Source of the DNA: Escherichia phage MRostami-2023b
Reading direction: 5' to 3' (one strand)
Length of the DNA stretch: 64,000 bases
Sequence record: OQ031492
Shown: positions 1-10,116 of the stretch, in pieces
How positions within the stretch are numbered: the first letter of the stretch is position 1
Layout: every line of letters starts with the position of its first letter
The notes under the pieces: model-generated
Databases searched by the model: none
Seen by the model: the letters and a program-made list of their open reading frames with translations, nothing else
Told to the model about the DNA's origin: nothing
Position numbers and translations under genes: made by a program

Positions 1-1
1 A

Positions 2-538
2 TCTAACAGATGGTCAGAAGTGTACGCATCTACAGGAACCATTAATACTTCAGATGGAACATTAAAAACTAAACCTACAGAGATTGAAGATATTTTACTG
101 AAAGCATGGGAAGATATTCATGTAATCTCTTACCAATGGCTTAGTGCTGTCGCGGAGAAAGGAGATTCTGCGCGTATTCATTTTGGTGTTATAGCTCAAG
201 ACGTAAGAGATATTCTGATTAATTATGGTTTAATGGATGAAAATAGCACTGATTGTAAGTATGCTTTTCTGTGTTATGATGAATACCCTGCTATGTACGA
301 TAGTGTTGTTACGGGACAAAAAGAAATCCCTTTATTTGATGATGAAGGGAATGTTGTAATTGATGAAGAAGGTAATCCAGTAACAATCGTAGAAGATGTT
401 GTAGAAACTATCGAAATAATTCCAGCAGGATCGCGATGGGGTATCCGCGCTGACCAAATGTTTTTTATTGAGATGGCTTATCAACGTAAAAAGTTAAAAG
501 CTCTTGAAGAAAGGCTTGCAACCCTAGAAAGTAAATAA
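2..538 (+). CDS. Tail fibre/spike C-terminal fragment with intramolecular chaperone-like domain (5' end outside window)
   Basis: Frame open to window edge; C-terminal region resembles auto-cleaving chaperone domains of phage fibres/endosialidase-type spikes (IHFGVIAQDV..., coiled-coil tail). Confidence 0.5.
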   Translation, partial: SNRWSEVYASTGTINTSDGTLKTKPTEIEDILLKAWEDIHVISYQWLSAVAEKGDSARIHFGVIAQDVRDILINYGLMDENSTDCKYAFLCYDEYPAMYDSVVTGQKEIPLFDDEGNVVIDEEGNPVTIVEDVVETIEIIPAGSRWGIRADQMFFIEMAYQRKKLKALEERLATLESK

Positions 539-586
539 TACCGCTTAGGCGGTATTTCAATCTTTATATCTCACTTAGAGGTACTC

Positions 587-850
587 ATGGCTAAAGAGAA
601 AAACGGTTTTAAAAAATTTATTCGCGGAATGTTCTGCACTTACCCCGGCAACGGGGTAAGCTCTACGAAAGTCTGGAACGCTGTAGGCATGTCTGTTATG
701 ACAGGTATGTTTATCTTTTTAGGAATAGAAAAAGAAATTCCTGAATGGATGGGTTGGGCTTTTGTTTTCATGATAACCCCTTCTCGCCTCATGAAAAATC
801 TTGTTGATTTACGTTGGGGCAGATCACAATCTACCAAAGAGGATGACTAA
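587..850 (+). CDS. Small membrane protein
   Basis: 87 aa ORF, hydrophobic segments, RBS agagg upstream, stop overlaps next start. Confidence 0.4.
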   Translation: MAKEKNGFKKFIRGMFCTYPGNGVSSTKVWNAVGMSVMTGMFIFLGIEKEIPEWMGWAFVFMITPSRLMKNLVDLRWGRSQSTKEDD

Positions 851-2337
851 TGGACGAATATGGTTTGACAGATGCGGGATTTGTAATCCCAACTTTTGAC
901 GATGTTTTAAACAACTACATGACAGCAGTAAAAAACACATTTGGTGCAGATGCAGCCACTTCGGAAGATACTGTGATCGGACAACTGTTTAGAATAATTG
1001 CATACACAGATTACACATTGTGGGAAGGTATGCAAGGGGTCTATAATACTCAAACACTGGATGGTGCAGAAGGTATTTATCTTGACGAAATCTTTTCTAA
1101 ACGCGGTTTCTATCGAGCAGGGGCAGCAGCAAGTACAGGCTATGCGTATGTTAAGAGTAATAACAAAGCAGCTTGGACTTATGAGCTAGGCACAGATATT
1201 TACTTCAACTCTGATAGTGATATGAACTACTATGTTAGCACACCAACTATGTTGAATGCTAAGATTGCGGCTTATCAAATCTCTCGTGCTAATGCAACTG
1301 CTACAGGTGTTCCAAATATTACTTTTTATGCACAAAGTGCGGTAGACGGAGGGCTAAACAGTAAAACACTTGCACCTGGTTCTTCTACATTTATAACCGA
1401 TCTTGAAACTTTTATCAAGGCGAATTTAACAGAAGCTGATCGTAGTCTTGTATTTTCTGATTCAGGTAACTTATCAATTGGTTTTACTTCTTTAACCAGT
1501 GATACTCCAGTGGGACTAGTAACTCCTATCAAATTTTATGCCAGTGTTCCAGTTGGAACCAAATGGAGTGAAATTCCAGTAGTTGCAGCAGAGAAAGGAT
1601 ACAATCCTGTTGGTGTGGAGTCTATTACAGGGATATCTTCTACCTTTACAGGTTATCTTGACAGTGGTAACTTTTATTCATTTTCTCCTGGTCGGGATGT
1701 TGAGACAGACGCAGAATTCCGCTCTCGTTTCAATGACAACGTTGATGAAGCTAATGCGGGGACACGAGCAGCTATTGTGAAAGCACTACTGCTTACAGAT
1801 GGTGTTACCAAAGTGAAAATCTACGATAACCCCACATTACACGATCAAGAACATGCTCCAGCTATGACTTTCCAGACCATAGTTTATGGTGGCAGTGCAG
1901 AAGAAATTGCAAATGTTATCTATAAAACCAAACCAATCAACACTTTGACACACGGAACAACTAACATAACAGTTACAACAGAAGATGGAGGACAAGAAAT
2001 TATTCGCTTCTCTCCTGGTGCTTCTGCTATGTATTCTGTAAAACTTGTTTATCAAACTGTCAACGGAACAACTTTAAGTGGAACAGAAAAACAAAACATT
2101 GTAGAAGCTTTACAAAACCTGCAAGCTTACTTTGAATTAGGTTCTTCAGTAACGAACGATCAAATCAAAGGTGTTATTTATGCAGCACTTGCTTTTGGAC
2201 GCTTGACTTCTCTTCGTGTTTATGTTAAACTTAATACTGAGGATGACAGTAAATATACAGAGAATAATATAGTTCCTGCTTATAATGTTGTCCCTTCTTT
2301 TGACCTTGATAACATTTCTTACGAGTATGGAGTGTAA
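850..2337 (+). CDS. Baseplate J-like structural protein
   Basis: 495 aa; order J-like/I-like/fibre/assembly-chaperone mirrors P2-type baseplate-fibre cassette; start overlaps upstream stop. Confidence 0.45.
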   Translation: MDEYGLTDAGFVIPTFDDVLNNYMTAVKNTFGADAATSEDTVIGQLFRIIAYTDYTLWEGMQGVYNTQTLDGAEGIYLDEIFSKRGFYRAGAAASTGYAYVKSNNKAAWTYELGTDIYFNSDSDMNYYVSTPTMLNAKIAAYQISRANATATGVPNITFYAQSAVDGGLNSKTLAPGSSTFITDLETFIKANLTEADRSLVFSDSGNLSIGFTSLTSDTPVGLVTPIKFYASVPVGTKWSEIPVVAAEKGYNPVGVESITGISSTFTGYLDSGNFYSFSPGRDVETDAEFRSRFNDNVDEANAGTRAAIVKALLLTDGVTKVKIYDNPTLHDQEHAPAMTFQTIVYGGSAEEIANVIYKTKPINTLTHGTTNITVTTEDGGQEIIRFSPGASAMYSVKLVYQTVNGTTLSGTEKQNIVEALQNLQAYFELGSSVTNDQIKGVIYAALAFGRLTSLRVYVKLNTEDDSKYTENNIVPAYNVVPSFDLDNISYEYGV

Positions 2338-2339
2338 AA

Positions 2340-2969
2340 ATGGCAGTGAGTGTTGACCATGTAACAACTTGGGCCAGTATCAATGAAGATGTTAAAAACC
2401 TTCTGATTGAAGATTTTAAATCTTCTCCTAACATTGTCAAGCTCCTCTACATCGTATCCAGTGAAAAGCAAAAGATAGATCAGGCAATGATCTATCTTGC
2501 TAAACACCGCTTGATCTCTACAGCCACAGGCAAATACCTAGATATTCTAGGGGAAGAAATGGGGATCGAACGGAATGGCTCTGATGATGAAGAGTATAGA
2601 ACAATATTAAAAATCAGGGCTTACCGCGTAGCCTCATCGGGGACTCGTGGTGACATAATTGATATCTTCGCCCGTTTCACAGGAACAGAGCGTGAAACGC
2701 TTAATACTTACGTAGGTTTGAATAAAACCTTTGATGTGTTTTTCTACAACCTGTGTCTTCAATCTGATCAAGCTTTAGAGCAGTTGCTAAGTGTTTTCCC
2801 TATTATTAGTAGCTACCGTCTTGGAGCAAAAGCAGGATCAGCTTTTGGTTTTAGTTCTTATTATGCTACCAAACCGCCTCATGGTATTGGTGGTTTAGGT
2901 TCCCTGTACATGGAATCTACTGGGGATGAAACAGGACGCATGTGTACGCTTCTCAAGCAAATAGATTAA
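2340..2969 (+). CDS. Baseplate/tail protein (P2 gpI-like position)
   Basis: 209 aa, positional analogy, tightly coupled to flanking structural genes. Confidence 0.4.
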   Translation: MAVSVDHVTTWASINEDVKNLLIEDFKSSPNIVKLLYIVSSEKQKIDQAMIYLAKHRLISTATGKYLDILGEEMGIERNGSDDEEYRTILKIRAYRVASSGTRGDIIDIFARFTGTERETLNTYVGLNKTFDVFFYNLCLQSDQALEQLLSVFPIISSYRLGAKAGSAFGFSSYYATKPPHGIGGLGSLYMESTGDETGRMCTLLKQID

Positions 2970-2978
2970 GGAGTTTAA

Positions 2979-4040
2979 ATGGCGAAGCCAATATATTATC
3001 CTGACTGGGCTACACAAACTGTAACGCTCCCAGGAACTTTAAACACAAACAAAATTAGACCTAAAGAAACCATCCGCACAATTGGTATGGATTATGGTCA
3101 AATCATGACTTGCGAAGAAATGAACTGGATTCTTAATAATATCGGTTTATGGATTCGCTATTTGGTGGATGACTTTCTTCCAACTTTACCTAATACCTAC
3201 TTGCCTTTAGTGGGAACTAAGATTACAATGGCAGGTGATGCTACTGGTGAGGCTACTTGGAACGGTAACAAAGAAGTTACTTTATCTATCCAGGTTCAAG
3301 ATAACAGTCATAATCACTTGTCGGCAAACATTACAGATGCCACTAGTTCAACAGTAACACCAAACGTGTTGGTAAAACGTGATGCGGGTGGTGCTATTTA
3401 TGGTGGCGATGTTTATGTTAACGGTACTTCCACAACAGATCCTGCAACACTGTTCTTCAAAAACTTTGCAGGACAAACAAATGGTGAGATTTCTGCCGAG
3501 TATCAAAGCGGAGGTCAGCTTTACATCTATCGTAGAAATCCTAGCACAGGTAGTGTATCGGCAGGTATTCGTTTATATGACGCAGGTTATGTTCTAATAG
3601 ATAATCCAAGATCAAACAGTGGACAAGATACTTCTAACGGAAATGCTTTAGTTCGTTTAGATTATCTGAACTCTCGTTTGACTTCCCTTCAGAACACATT
3701 GCAGACGAATATTAACACTGTTCAAAACAACTTGAATAATGTTAACAACAACCTCTCTTCTCGTATAAACAATGTAGAAAGTAATCATCAAAGTCAGATT
3801 ACAAATAACTACAACTATGCTAACGGAACCTTTGTAAGAGATATTCGTTATACTAGCCAAGGTGTGTATTATCCACCAGGGAACGAGGTTTCTTGGACTT
3901 ATATCTGTTCTTCTGGTTATGTTCTTTCTGGTATTATCGTACAGGAAACAGGACGTAGCTCTGCGGATAACATCGGTGGGGTTTACTTCAAACGCCTCCA
4001 GCGCAACGTTAACGGAAACTGGTACGACATTGGAGGCTAA
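2979..4040 (+). CDS. Tail fibre protein with coiled-coil segment
   Basis: 353 aa; N/Q-rich heptad-like stretch LNSRLTSLQNTLQTNINTVQNNLNNVNNNL typical of fibre shafts. Confidence 0.5.
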   Translation: MAKPIYYPDWATQTVTLPGTLNTNKIRPKETIRTIGMDYGQIMTCEEMNWILNNIGLWIRYLVDDFLPTLPNTYLPLVGTKITMAGDATGEATWNGNKEVTLSIQVQDNSHNHLSANITDATSSTVTPNVLVKRDAGGAIYGGDVYVNGTSTTDPATLFFKNFAGQTNGEISAEYQSGGQLYIYRRNPSTGSVSAGIRLYDAGYVLIDNPRSNSGQDTSNGNALVRLDYLNSRLTSLQNTLQTNINTVQNNLNNVNNNLSSRINNVESNHQSQITNNYNYANGTFVRDIRYTSQGVYYPPGNEVSWTYICSSGYVLSGIIVQETGRSSADNIGGVYFKRLQRNVNGNWYDIGG

Positions 4041-4586
4041 ATGATATTTACAAACTTTAAAAAATATATTCCTGAAGACCCTGAACTAAAAGAATTGGTA
4101 GAAGCAGAGAACATTCTTTTTCTTCGTTGCGATCAAGGTTACGATTGGTATGATTTACGTAGCACAGAATTCAATAACGATAAAATGAAAGTCGTTTTTG
4201 ATGATCAAAATCGTATTGTGTTTTGGAATACTGATCCTACACTACTTTGCCCTGAAGATCTTTCTATAGCACAAGTAGACTTTAATATAGATACTTTTGA
4301 GGATATTAGGAACAAGGTTCTGGATTTAGAAACCTTAACTCTTAAGGATAAAGAGTATTCCCGTGAAGAGTTGATGACACAAGCTAGTGCAAAAATTCGC
4401 TCTTTACAAGAAACAGCGGTAGCACTTATAACACCTTTACAGTATGCTAAAGATTTAGAAATGGCTACTGAAGACGAATTAGCTTATCTTAAAAATCTTC
4501 AAGTTTATGTAGTTAAACTAAATCGTGTTCCGCTTCAAAAAGACTATCCTTACGCTATAGATTGGCCTACATTACCGACAGAATAA
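4041..4586 (+). CDS. Tail fibre assembly chaperone-like protein
   Basis: 181 aa immediately downstream of fibre gene (stop/start abutting); size and position typical. Confidence 0.4.
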   Translation: MIFTNFKKYIPEDPELKELVEAENILFLRCDQGYDWYDLRSTEFNNDKMKVVFDDQNRIVFWNTDPTLLCPEDLSIAQVDFNIDTFEDIRNKVLDLETLTLKDKEYSREELMTQASAKIRSLQETAVALITPLQYAKDLEMATEDELAYLKNLQVYVVKLNRVPLQKDYPYAIDWPTLPTE

Positions 4587-4595
4587 GGGATCACT

Positions 4596-4931
4596 ATGGA
4601 ATTTCAAGAAGCATGGGGACTTGCAAAGGATGCAATAATCCCTTTAATCGGAGTCATCTGGTTCTTTTTCAAACAAAAAATGGATAAATTCGGCTCTGAT
4701 CTTGAGGAAATGGAGGAGAAAAGTCGAGAGCTAGAGAAGAAGTTGGTCTTTGTTGAATCAACTTATGCAACTAAAGCCGAACTTACCCAGATGCTAAATC
4801 AAATTAACTCTACATTAATGGCAAATAATAACACCCTTGAGCAAAAAATTGAAAAGATTATGGACCTCAAGAATGCGACTATCCAAATGATGCTAGATGA
4901 CATAGTTAAACGTACACAGAATAAGGGGTAA
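4596..4931 (+). CDS. Hypothetical protein with N-terminal TM segment and coiled coil
   Basis: 111 aa ORF, hydrophobic N-terminus. Confidence 0.4.
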   Translation: MEFQEAWGLAKDAIIPLIGVIWFFFKQKMDKFGSDLEEMEEKSRELEKKLVFVESTYATKAELTQMLNQINSTLMANNNTLEQKIEKIMDLKNATIQMMLDDIVKRTQNKG

Positions 4932-4934
4932 TTA

Positions 4935-7900
4935 ATGGCAACATTCCCAACATATCCAGCAACGTCTCTCGAACAGGGCGTAGACCTGGTTATTTTCTCA
5001 TCTAACCAACTCCATGATGTTATTAATGGAAGTGCTACAGAGAGTATTGAAACAGAATCAGGGTTGATACCAACCCTGAGAAAAGCCCTTGTTGACAACT
5101 TTTTCTTTAAAAGCCCATTGGATTGGGCGCAAGGCACAAACGAAACAGTTTTTAACCAACTTCGTTATTTCCAGAATGGAGTATTGAGCGGTTATTACTA
5201 TGCCCCTAACGCTACATTGGTTAACCCAATCCCTATGCAAGGGACTCCAGTAGGAGATAACAACTGGGTATTGTGGGGACTGAAGACAGAACAATTGGCA
5301 ACAGAAGTCACCCCTTGGGTATATTCTGGTGCAACTGGTTATGAAACAGTAATTAGTCCTCCTTACATCTTTGATAGTGCTATTGTTACGATCAATGGTG
5401 TTATTCAGGTTCTGGGGGAAGCTTTCCGTATAGAAGATAGTAAGATCATCTTATCTGAACCTTTGGGACACGATCCTGCAACAGGACTGCCAAACAAACT
5501 TTTTGCTTATATTGGCAAAATCGTAGCTTCAGCAGATACAGATCCTAATCTAGAGAACCGTCTTGTTAGTTTAGAAACAAAAACGGAAGAACTAACAGAA
5601 AGCATGGATAAAGTCCCTCTGCAAACTATTGCTCGTAAGTATGGTTTGTTAGATGATGAGGTGGCTTACGCAACAGCAGGTCAATCGTTAACAGGGATTA
5701 AAGCTCTGTATGATCCGGTAGCACAGTCTTCCTACACATTACCTCCTAACATCACAGGAACTTTAACATCCTTATCTGTTTCTGGAGTAATGACTTATTC
5801 TGGAGGATCTGTAGACCTTTCTGCACTGGCTGTTGAGCGTGGACAGTTTGTTCATTTGCCTACAAGCTTTGGTAATAACGTAACTCTGACAGCTAAAAAT
5901 CAGACGATTGGACGTGGTGCTGGTCGTTATCGTTGGGCTGGAAGTTTACCAAAAAGTATTTTGGCCTCTGATACATTGGAGACAAGCGGAGGATTAGGTC
6001 CAAATGCATGGGTTCTGACTAATACAGAAGGACTGTTAACTCCTCGTGGTGGAACATACAACGATCTATTCGATGTTGTCTACTTGTCAGAATTTGCTAA
6101 CAATACAACTACCTATACCACACCAGAAGCAGCTTTCCAGGCGGCACTGTTAGCAGCAAAAGCTTCGAAAAGCAAGATTCTCGATGCTTACGGTTGCGAC
6201 ATGACTTTCACGACAAGCTCTTTTGATATTCAAGATATCACTTTGCGTGGTGGTGTGTTCCGTGGTCAACGCGACTATCGTGTGCAGAATGCTACAGTAG
6301 AAGGCACAACTTTCCGTAACTCTCGTGTTATGTATTGGGGTGGTGCTGTGCGCATGTTCGATTGTTTGTGGGACGGTGCTCCTCGCGCAGGTCAAGTTGG
6401 TAGCTTGGTATTCCAAGGCAACCCAATATCAGGTACTTTTGAAATTGATAATTGTACTTTTAAAAACGGGTTATATGGCATTCTTCAACAAGGAACAGGG
6501 GAACCAGTAACACGCGGTGTCTTCCGTAACCTTACCTTCATGGACATGCAAGGTGATGCAATAGAACTGAACGTCATCAATAAACATTATGACGATGGTT
6601 GTGTGATTGAGAATATTTACCTGTCTAATATCGATGGGACTAACGCTCCTATTCCTCTGTCCAACTGGGGTATCGGTATCGGTGTAGCTGGTAAAGGACC
6701 ATATGGTTACGGAATCCCTGATGATCAATATTGTAAGAACATTACAATTCGTAACGTTTTTGCAAAACGTTGTCGTCAGATTGTCCACGTAGAAGTTGGT
6801 CGTAATATCTCTATCGAAAACATTCATGGCGATCCAGATCAAACCGTATCTGTTGGGACAGGTTTGGCAACTGGCGCAGTTGTAATGTATGGAAGTAAAG
6901 ACTTTACGATTGATGGTGTTTATGGAGAGCCTAAAACAGACGGTAGCACACTTGCAAGTAATATCCGTATGATTTACTTGGAGTGGGGAACTAACGCAGT
7001 TCTGGATGAAGAGGGTAATCCGGTAGTTCCGGCACAGGGCAGACCTTCAAACCCATGCTTTAACTATTCTGTTCGTAACATTCACACCAAAACTGGGCGT
7101 GTTTTTGCGGGAGTTTCCGCTGGGCCAGGTTATGAAAACAGAGTTAGCTTTGAAAATATTCGTTGCGCTGCCTTGCAGTTGTTCGGTATAGCTTCTTGGC
7201 TTTCAATGTCTAACATCACCTGTAATATCTTCGATTGTGTTGGTCAACCTGAATCTGGTCCAGGGACATTTTATGATGGATTCTTCCGTAGAGAAAAATC
7301 TGTTCTTGAAATGGTTAACGTAAACTGTTACCCAGATGGCAAGACGATGGTTACTGGTCGTCCACAGTGGAGCCGTTGCCGTTACTCGGATATTCATCGT
7401 GTCAACTGTAATGTTGAAGCTAATATGTATACCAATATCGCAGGTGGTATTGGAGCTATTGTAGGGACAACGGGCAAAGTTTATTACTTAGAGCCTAATC
7501 CTAGTCGAAACATTGATGGAATGCATTTCCCAACAGGGAAAGAGTTTGACAAAGGGGATATGATAGTCAAGGCGGATAATACGTTCTTCCTTGTAACAAC
7601 AAGTGGGGCATATATTCCAGATATCCCAGCTTTCGGTATTCGAGCTACACAGGCAGGAGATACCTTCCTGACACAGAACTTGACTCCTAACGGGACAGCA
7701 ACAAATGCTTCTTGGTTGTATCATTACCCTCTGTCAGCAGGGACACGTATCCGTATTCCTGGCGCTGGTGTAGGTGGAGCAGATTTGGACACAGTTATTA
7801 CTCGTGCACCTTATCAAGATAATGATACGTGGACTAACCCAGTTAAAATAGACATTGCAGATCCAATTGTAACGCCTACAAGTGCTGGAGTTAGAATTAA

Positions 7901-7988
7901 AACCATACCTAATGATTCCAGTAATGTTTCTGTAGGTAATACTGCGGTTATTCGCCCAACGCCAGTAGTAGATGTGCCAACAACCTAA
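4935..7988 (+). CDS. Tailspike/large receptor-binding protein with right-handed beta-helix (pectate-lyase-like) region
   Basis: 1017 aa; repeated N-I-x-I-x-N motifs (NITIRNVFAKRC...ISIENIHGD) characteristic of parallel beta-helix depolymerase spikes. Confidence 0.55.
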   Translation: MATFPTYPATSLEQGVDLVIFSSNQLHDVINGSATESIETESGLIPTLRKALVDNFFFKSPLDWAQGTNETVFNQLRYFQNGVLSGYYYAPNATLVNPIPMQGTPVGDNNWVLWGLKTEQLATEVTPWVYSGATGYETVISPPYIFDSAIVTINGVIQVLGEAFRIEDSKIILSEPLGHDPATGLPNKLFAYIGKIVASADTDPNLENRLVSLETKTEELTESMDKVPLQTIARKYGLLDDEVAYATAGQSLTGIKALYDPVAQSSYTLPPNITGTLTSLSVSGVMTYSGGSVDLSALAVERGQFVHLPTSFGNNVTLTAKNQTIGRGAGRYRWAGSLPKSILASDTLETSGGLGPNAWVLTNTEGLLTPRGGTYNDLFDVVYLSEFANNTTTYTTPEAAFQAALLAAKASKSKILDAYGCDMTFTTSSFDIQDITLRGGVFRGQRDYRVQNATVEGTTFRNSRVMYWGGAVRMFDCLWDGAPRAGQVGSLVFQGNPISGTFEIDNCTFKNGLYGILQQGTGEPVTRGVFRNLTFMDMQGDAIELNVINKHYDDGCVIENIYLSNIDGTNAPIPLSNWGIGIGVAGKGPYGYGIPDDQYCKNITIRNVFAKRCRQIVHVEVGRNISIENIHGDPDQTVSVGTGLATGAVVMYGSKDFTIDGVYGEPKTDGSTLASNIRMIYLEWGTNAVLDEEGNPVVPAQGRPSNPCFNYSVRNIHTKTGRVFAGVSAGPGYENRVSFENIRCAALQLFGIASWLSMSNITCNIFDCVGQPESGPGTFYDGFFRREKSVLEMVNVNCYPDGKTMVTGRPQWSRCRYSDIHRVNCNVEANMYTNIAGGIGAIVGTTGKVYYLEPNPSRNIDGMHFPTGKEFDKGDMIVKADNTFFLVTTSGAYIPDIPAFGIRATQAGDTFLTQNLTPNGTATNASWLYHYPLSAGTRIRIPGAGVGGADLDTVITRAPYQDNDTWTNPVKIDIADPIVTPTSAGVRIKTIPNDSSNVSVGNTAVIRPTPVVDVPTT

Positions 7989-7994
7989 TGGAAT

Positions 7995-8019
7995 AGAGGG
8001 GGGAATCCCCCTCTTCTTC
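7995..8019 (+). terminator. Hairpin terminator-like element
   Basis: gaggggg-gaat-ccccctc stem-loop followed by T-rich tract right after spike stop. Confidence 0.45.
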
Positions 8020-8050
8020 CAATAGAATGGTCTAATGATAGGAGAGATAA

Positions 8051-10075
8051 ATGAATTTAACAAGACCTAATAGTGCGATAGCCGATCTGGTAGAAGCTAC
8101 TTATCGAAAACGTCGCAGCTTTGAGGCAGGTTTTACATTACGTAATTCCCGTGAAGTTTTGCTGTTAGCAGCAGAAGGGAATTATTACCAATGGAAAGGA
8201 ACTTTTCCTAAAGTAGTTCCAGCAAACTCTACGCCAGCCACCACAGGTGGTATTTCTTCCCTTGCATGGCAAAATGTTGGGACCGCTGATGATATAGCAA
8301 TTATCAATGCCAAGTTTACGGCAATGCAGCAACAGATTGATGATCTGTCGGAAACAATACCTGAAGCTGGTAAATCGGCTTATCAGATCGCACTTGATAA
8401 TGGTTTTGTTGGAACAGAAGCACAATGGCTTGCTTCTTTGAAAGGGGATACTGGTGCTCAACTTAATATTAAAGGATCATTAGCAAACACTAGTGAACTA
8501 CCATCCACAGGTAACGTTGCAGGGGATGGTTATATCGTAGGTGATGTAATCTACGCTTGGGATGGTTCTGTTTGGAAACTTATTTCTTCTCTTGGGCCAG
8601 AAGGTAAATCAGCTTACGAGGTATGGTTGGCAGATGGTAATACAGGATCTGTTTATGATTTTCTTACCTCTATAAAAGGTGATAAAGGTGATGTTGGTCC
8701 TACAGGGCCACAGGGAGCACCTGGTGTTAACGCCAATGGTTTTGATTATCGTGGGGATTTGCCTTCTACAAGTAACTTACCACAACCAAACTCTGAAAAC
8801 GTAAGTCAAGCTTATTCTATCAATGGTAATCTTTATGTCTCTAATGGGACAGCTTGGGTCAACATGGGTAATATTGTTGGTCCTCAAGGTCCACAAGGTG
8901 AGGCAGGTAAAGACGGTCTTGATGGAACAGATGGAGATGAAGGGAAATCTGCATATCAAAGTTGGCTGGATGCTGGTAATGAAGGGACAGAAGTAGATTT
9001 TATTGCCTCACTTAAAGGTCCAAAAGGAGACAAAGGTGATCAAGGAGAGCGAGGTCCACAAGGTGAACTAGGTCCACAAGGACCAGTGGGTGCAACAGGA
9101 TCAGGCTTAGATATTATCGGGGTTCTGAACAGTGAAGCTGAACTTCCTCCTACCGGAGAAGTAGGTGATGCATATAAAATTAATAATGATTTATATGTTT
9201 GGGTTCAAGATGCTACGGAATGGATGAATGTTGGCAGTCTTGGAGGAACATCAATTACAGCTAAAGGTCATGTTCCGAACAGTGAAGCTCTCCCTGTTTA
9301 TAATAACTATGGCGATGCCTACTTAACTGAAGACACTAGTAATCTTTACATCTATACCTACGATCAAGACACCAATTCCGCATCTTTTGTTGACATGGGA
9401 AGTATTAAAGGCGACAAAGGTGAAAAAGGGGATAAAGGAGATAAGGGTGATCCTGGAACAAACGGAACCAACGGTACTGATGGGACCAACGGTAAGGACG
9501 GCGCACAGTGGTTTGTAGCAACAACTAATCCAGTTGCAGGAGACGGTGTTATCAATGATTACGCCTTCAATACTACCACTGGAGCAGTGTTTAAGAAAAC
9601 AGATTCTTCTACGTGGACGCTTATAGGCACTCTTCCTAGTATACCAGAAGCCCCTCAAGACGGCTTGACGTATGGTCGGTCTGATGGAAACTGGATCGAA
9701 ATATCAGGATCAGATCCTACGGAAGCTATAACACCAACTAGAGTTACAGCAGGTTTCATGGAACTTGAAACAACTACTGCCAACTCTGGAGCATCTTGGA
9801 CTCCTTCTGGAACTTCCAATATGTATGTTGTTACAGTGACTGATGCTCTGACAGTTGGAGCATGGCCTGGTGTCACTGGCTCTACTAAACCTAAAGCGTT
9901 TTCAGCAATGATTTATTTGATTCAAGATACAACGGGACACACGGTTACACTAGATGCGTCTTATGGAGCACTAAATGATACAGAAATAGCAACTACTGCT
10001 AACGCAGTAACAATTTTGCAATTAACGTATCCTGGTGTGGGTAATGTCGTGGACATGGTTGTTGTAACACGATAA
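8051..10075 (+). CDS. Tail fibre with collagen-like Gly-X-Y repeats
   Basis: 674 aa; several G-X-Y runs (GPQGPQGEAGKDGLDGTDGDEGK; GPKGDKGDQGERGPQGELGPQGPVG; KGDKGEKGDKGDKGDPGTNGTNGTDGTNGKDG). Confidence 0.6.
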   Translation: MNLTRPNSAIADLVEATYRKRRSFEAGFTLRNSREVLLLAAEGNYYQWKGTFPKVVPANSTPATTGGISSLAWQNVGTADDIAIINAKFTAMQQQIDDLSETIPEAGKSAYQIALDNGFVGTEAQWLASLKGDTGAQLNIKGSLANTSELPSTGNVAGDGYIVGDVIYAWDGSVWKLISSLGPEGKSAYEVWLADGNTGSVYDFLTSIKGDKGDVGPTGPQGAPGVNANGFDYRGDLPSTSNLPQPNSENVSQAYSINGNLYVSNGTAWVNMGNIVGPQGPQGEAGKDGLDGTDGDEGKSAYQSWLDAGNEGTEVDFIASLKGPKGDKGDQGERGPQGELGPQGPVGATGSGLDIIGVLNSEAELPPTGEVGDAYKINNDLYVWVQDATEWMNVGSLGGTSITAKGHVPNSEALPVYNNYGDAYLTEDTSNLYIYTYDQDTNSASFVDMGSIKGDKGEKGDKGDKGDPGTNGTNGTDGTNGKDGAQWFVATTNPVAGDGVINDYAFNTTTGAVFKKTDSSTWTLIGTLPSIPEAPQDGLTYGRSDGNWIEISGSDPTEAITPTRVTAGFMELETTTANSGASWTPSGTSNMYVVTVTDALTVGAWPGVTGSTKPKAFSAMIYLIQDTTGHTVTLDASYGALNDTEIATTANAVTILQLTYPGVGNVVDMVVVTR

Positions 10076-10078
10076 CAG

Positions 10079-10103
10079 AAGCCCCGAAAGGGGCTTTCTT
10101 TTT
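10079..10103 (+). terminator. Rho-independent terminator
   Basis: aagcccc-gaaa-ggggctt hairpin followed by tttctttttat. Confidence 0.75.
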
Positions 10104-10116
10104 ATGGAGGGTTTAA

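Noticed and set aside
998-1189. Short antisense or out-of-frame ORFs inside large genes (many similar cases throughout the table)
   Set aside because: Embedded in well-supported longer genes, no RBS, atypical composition.
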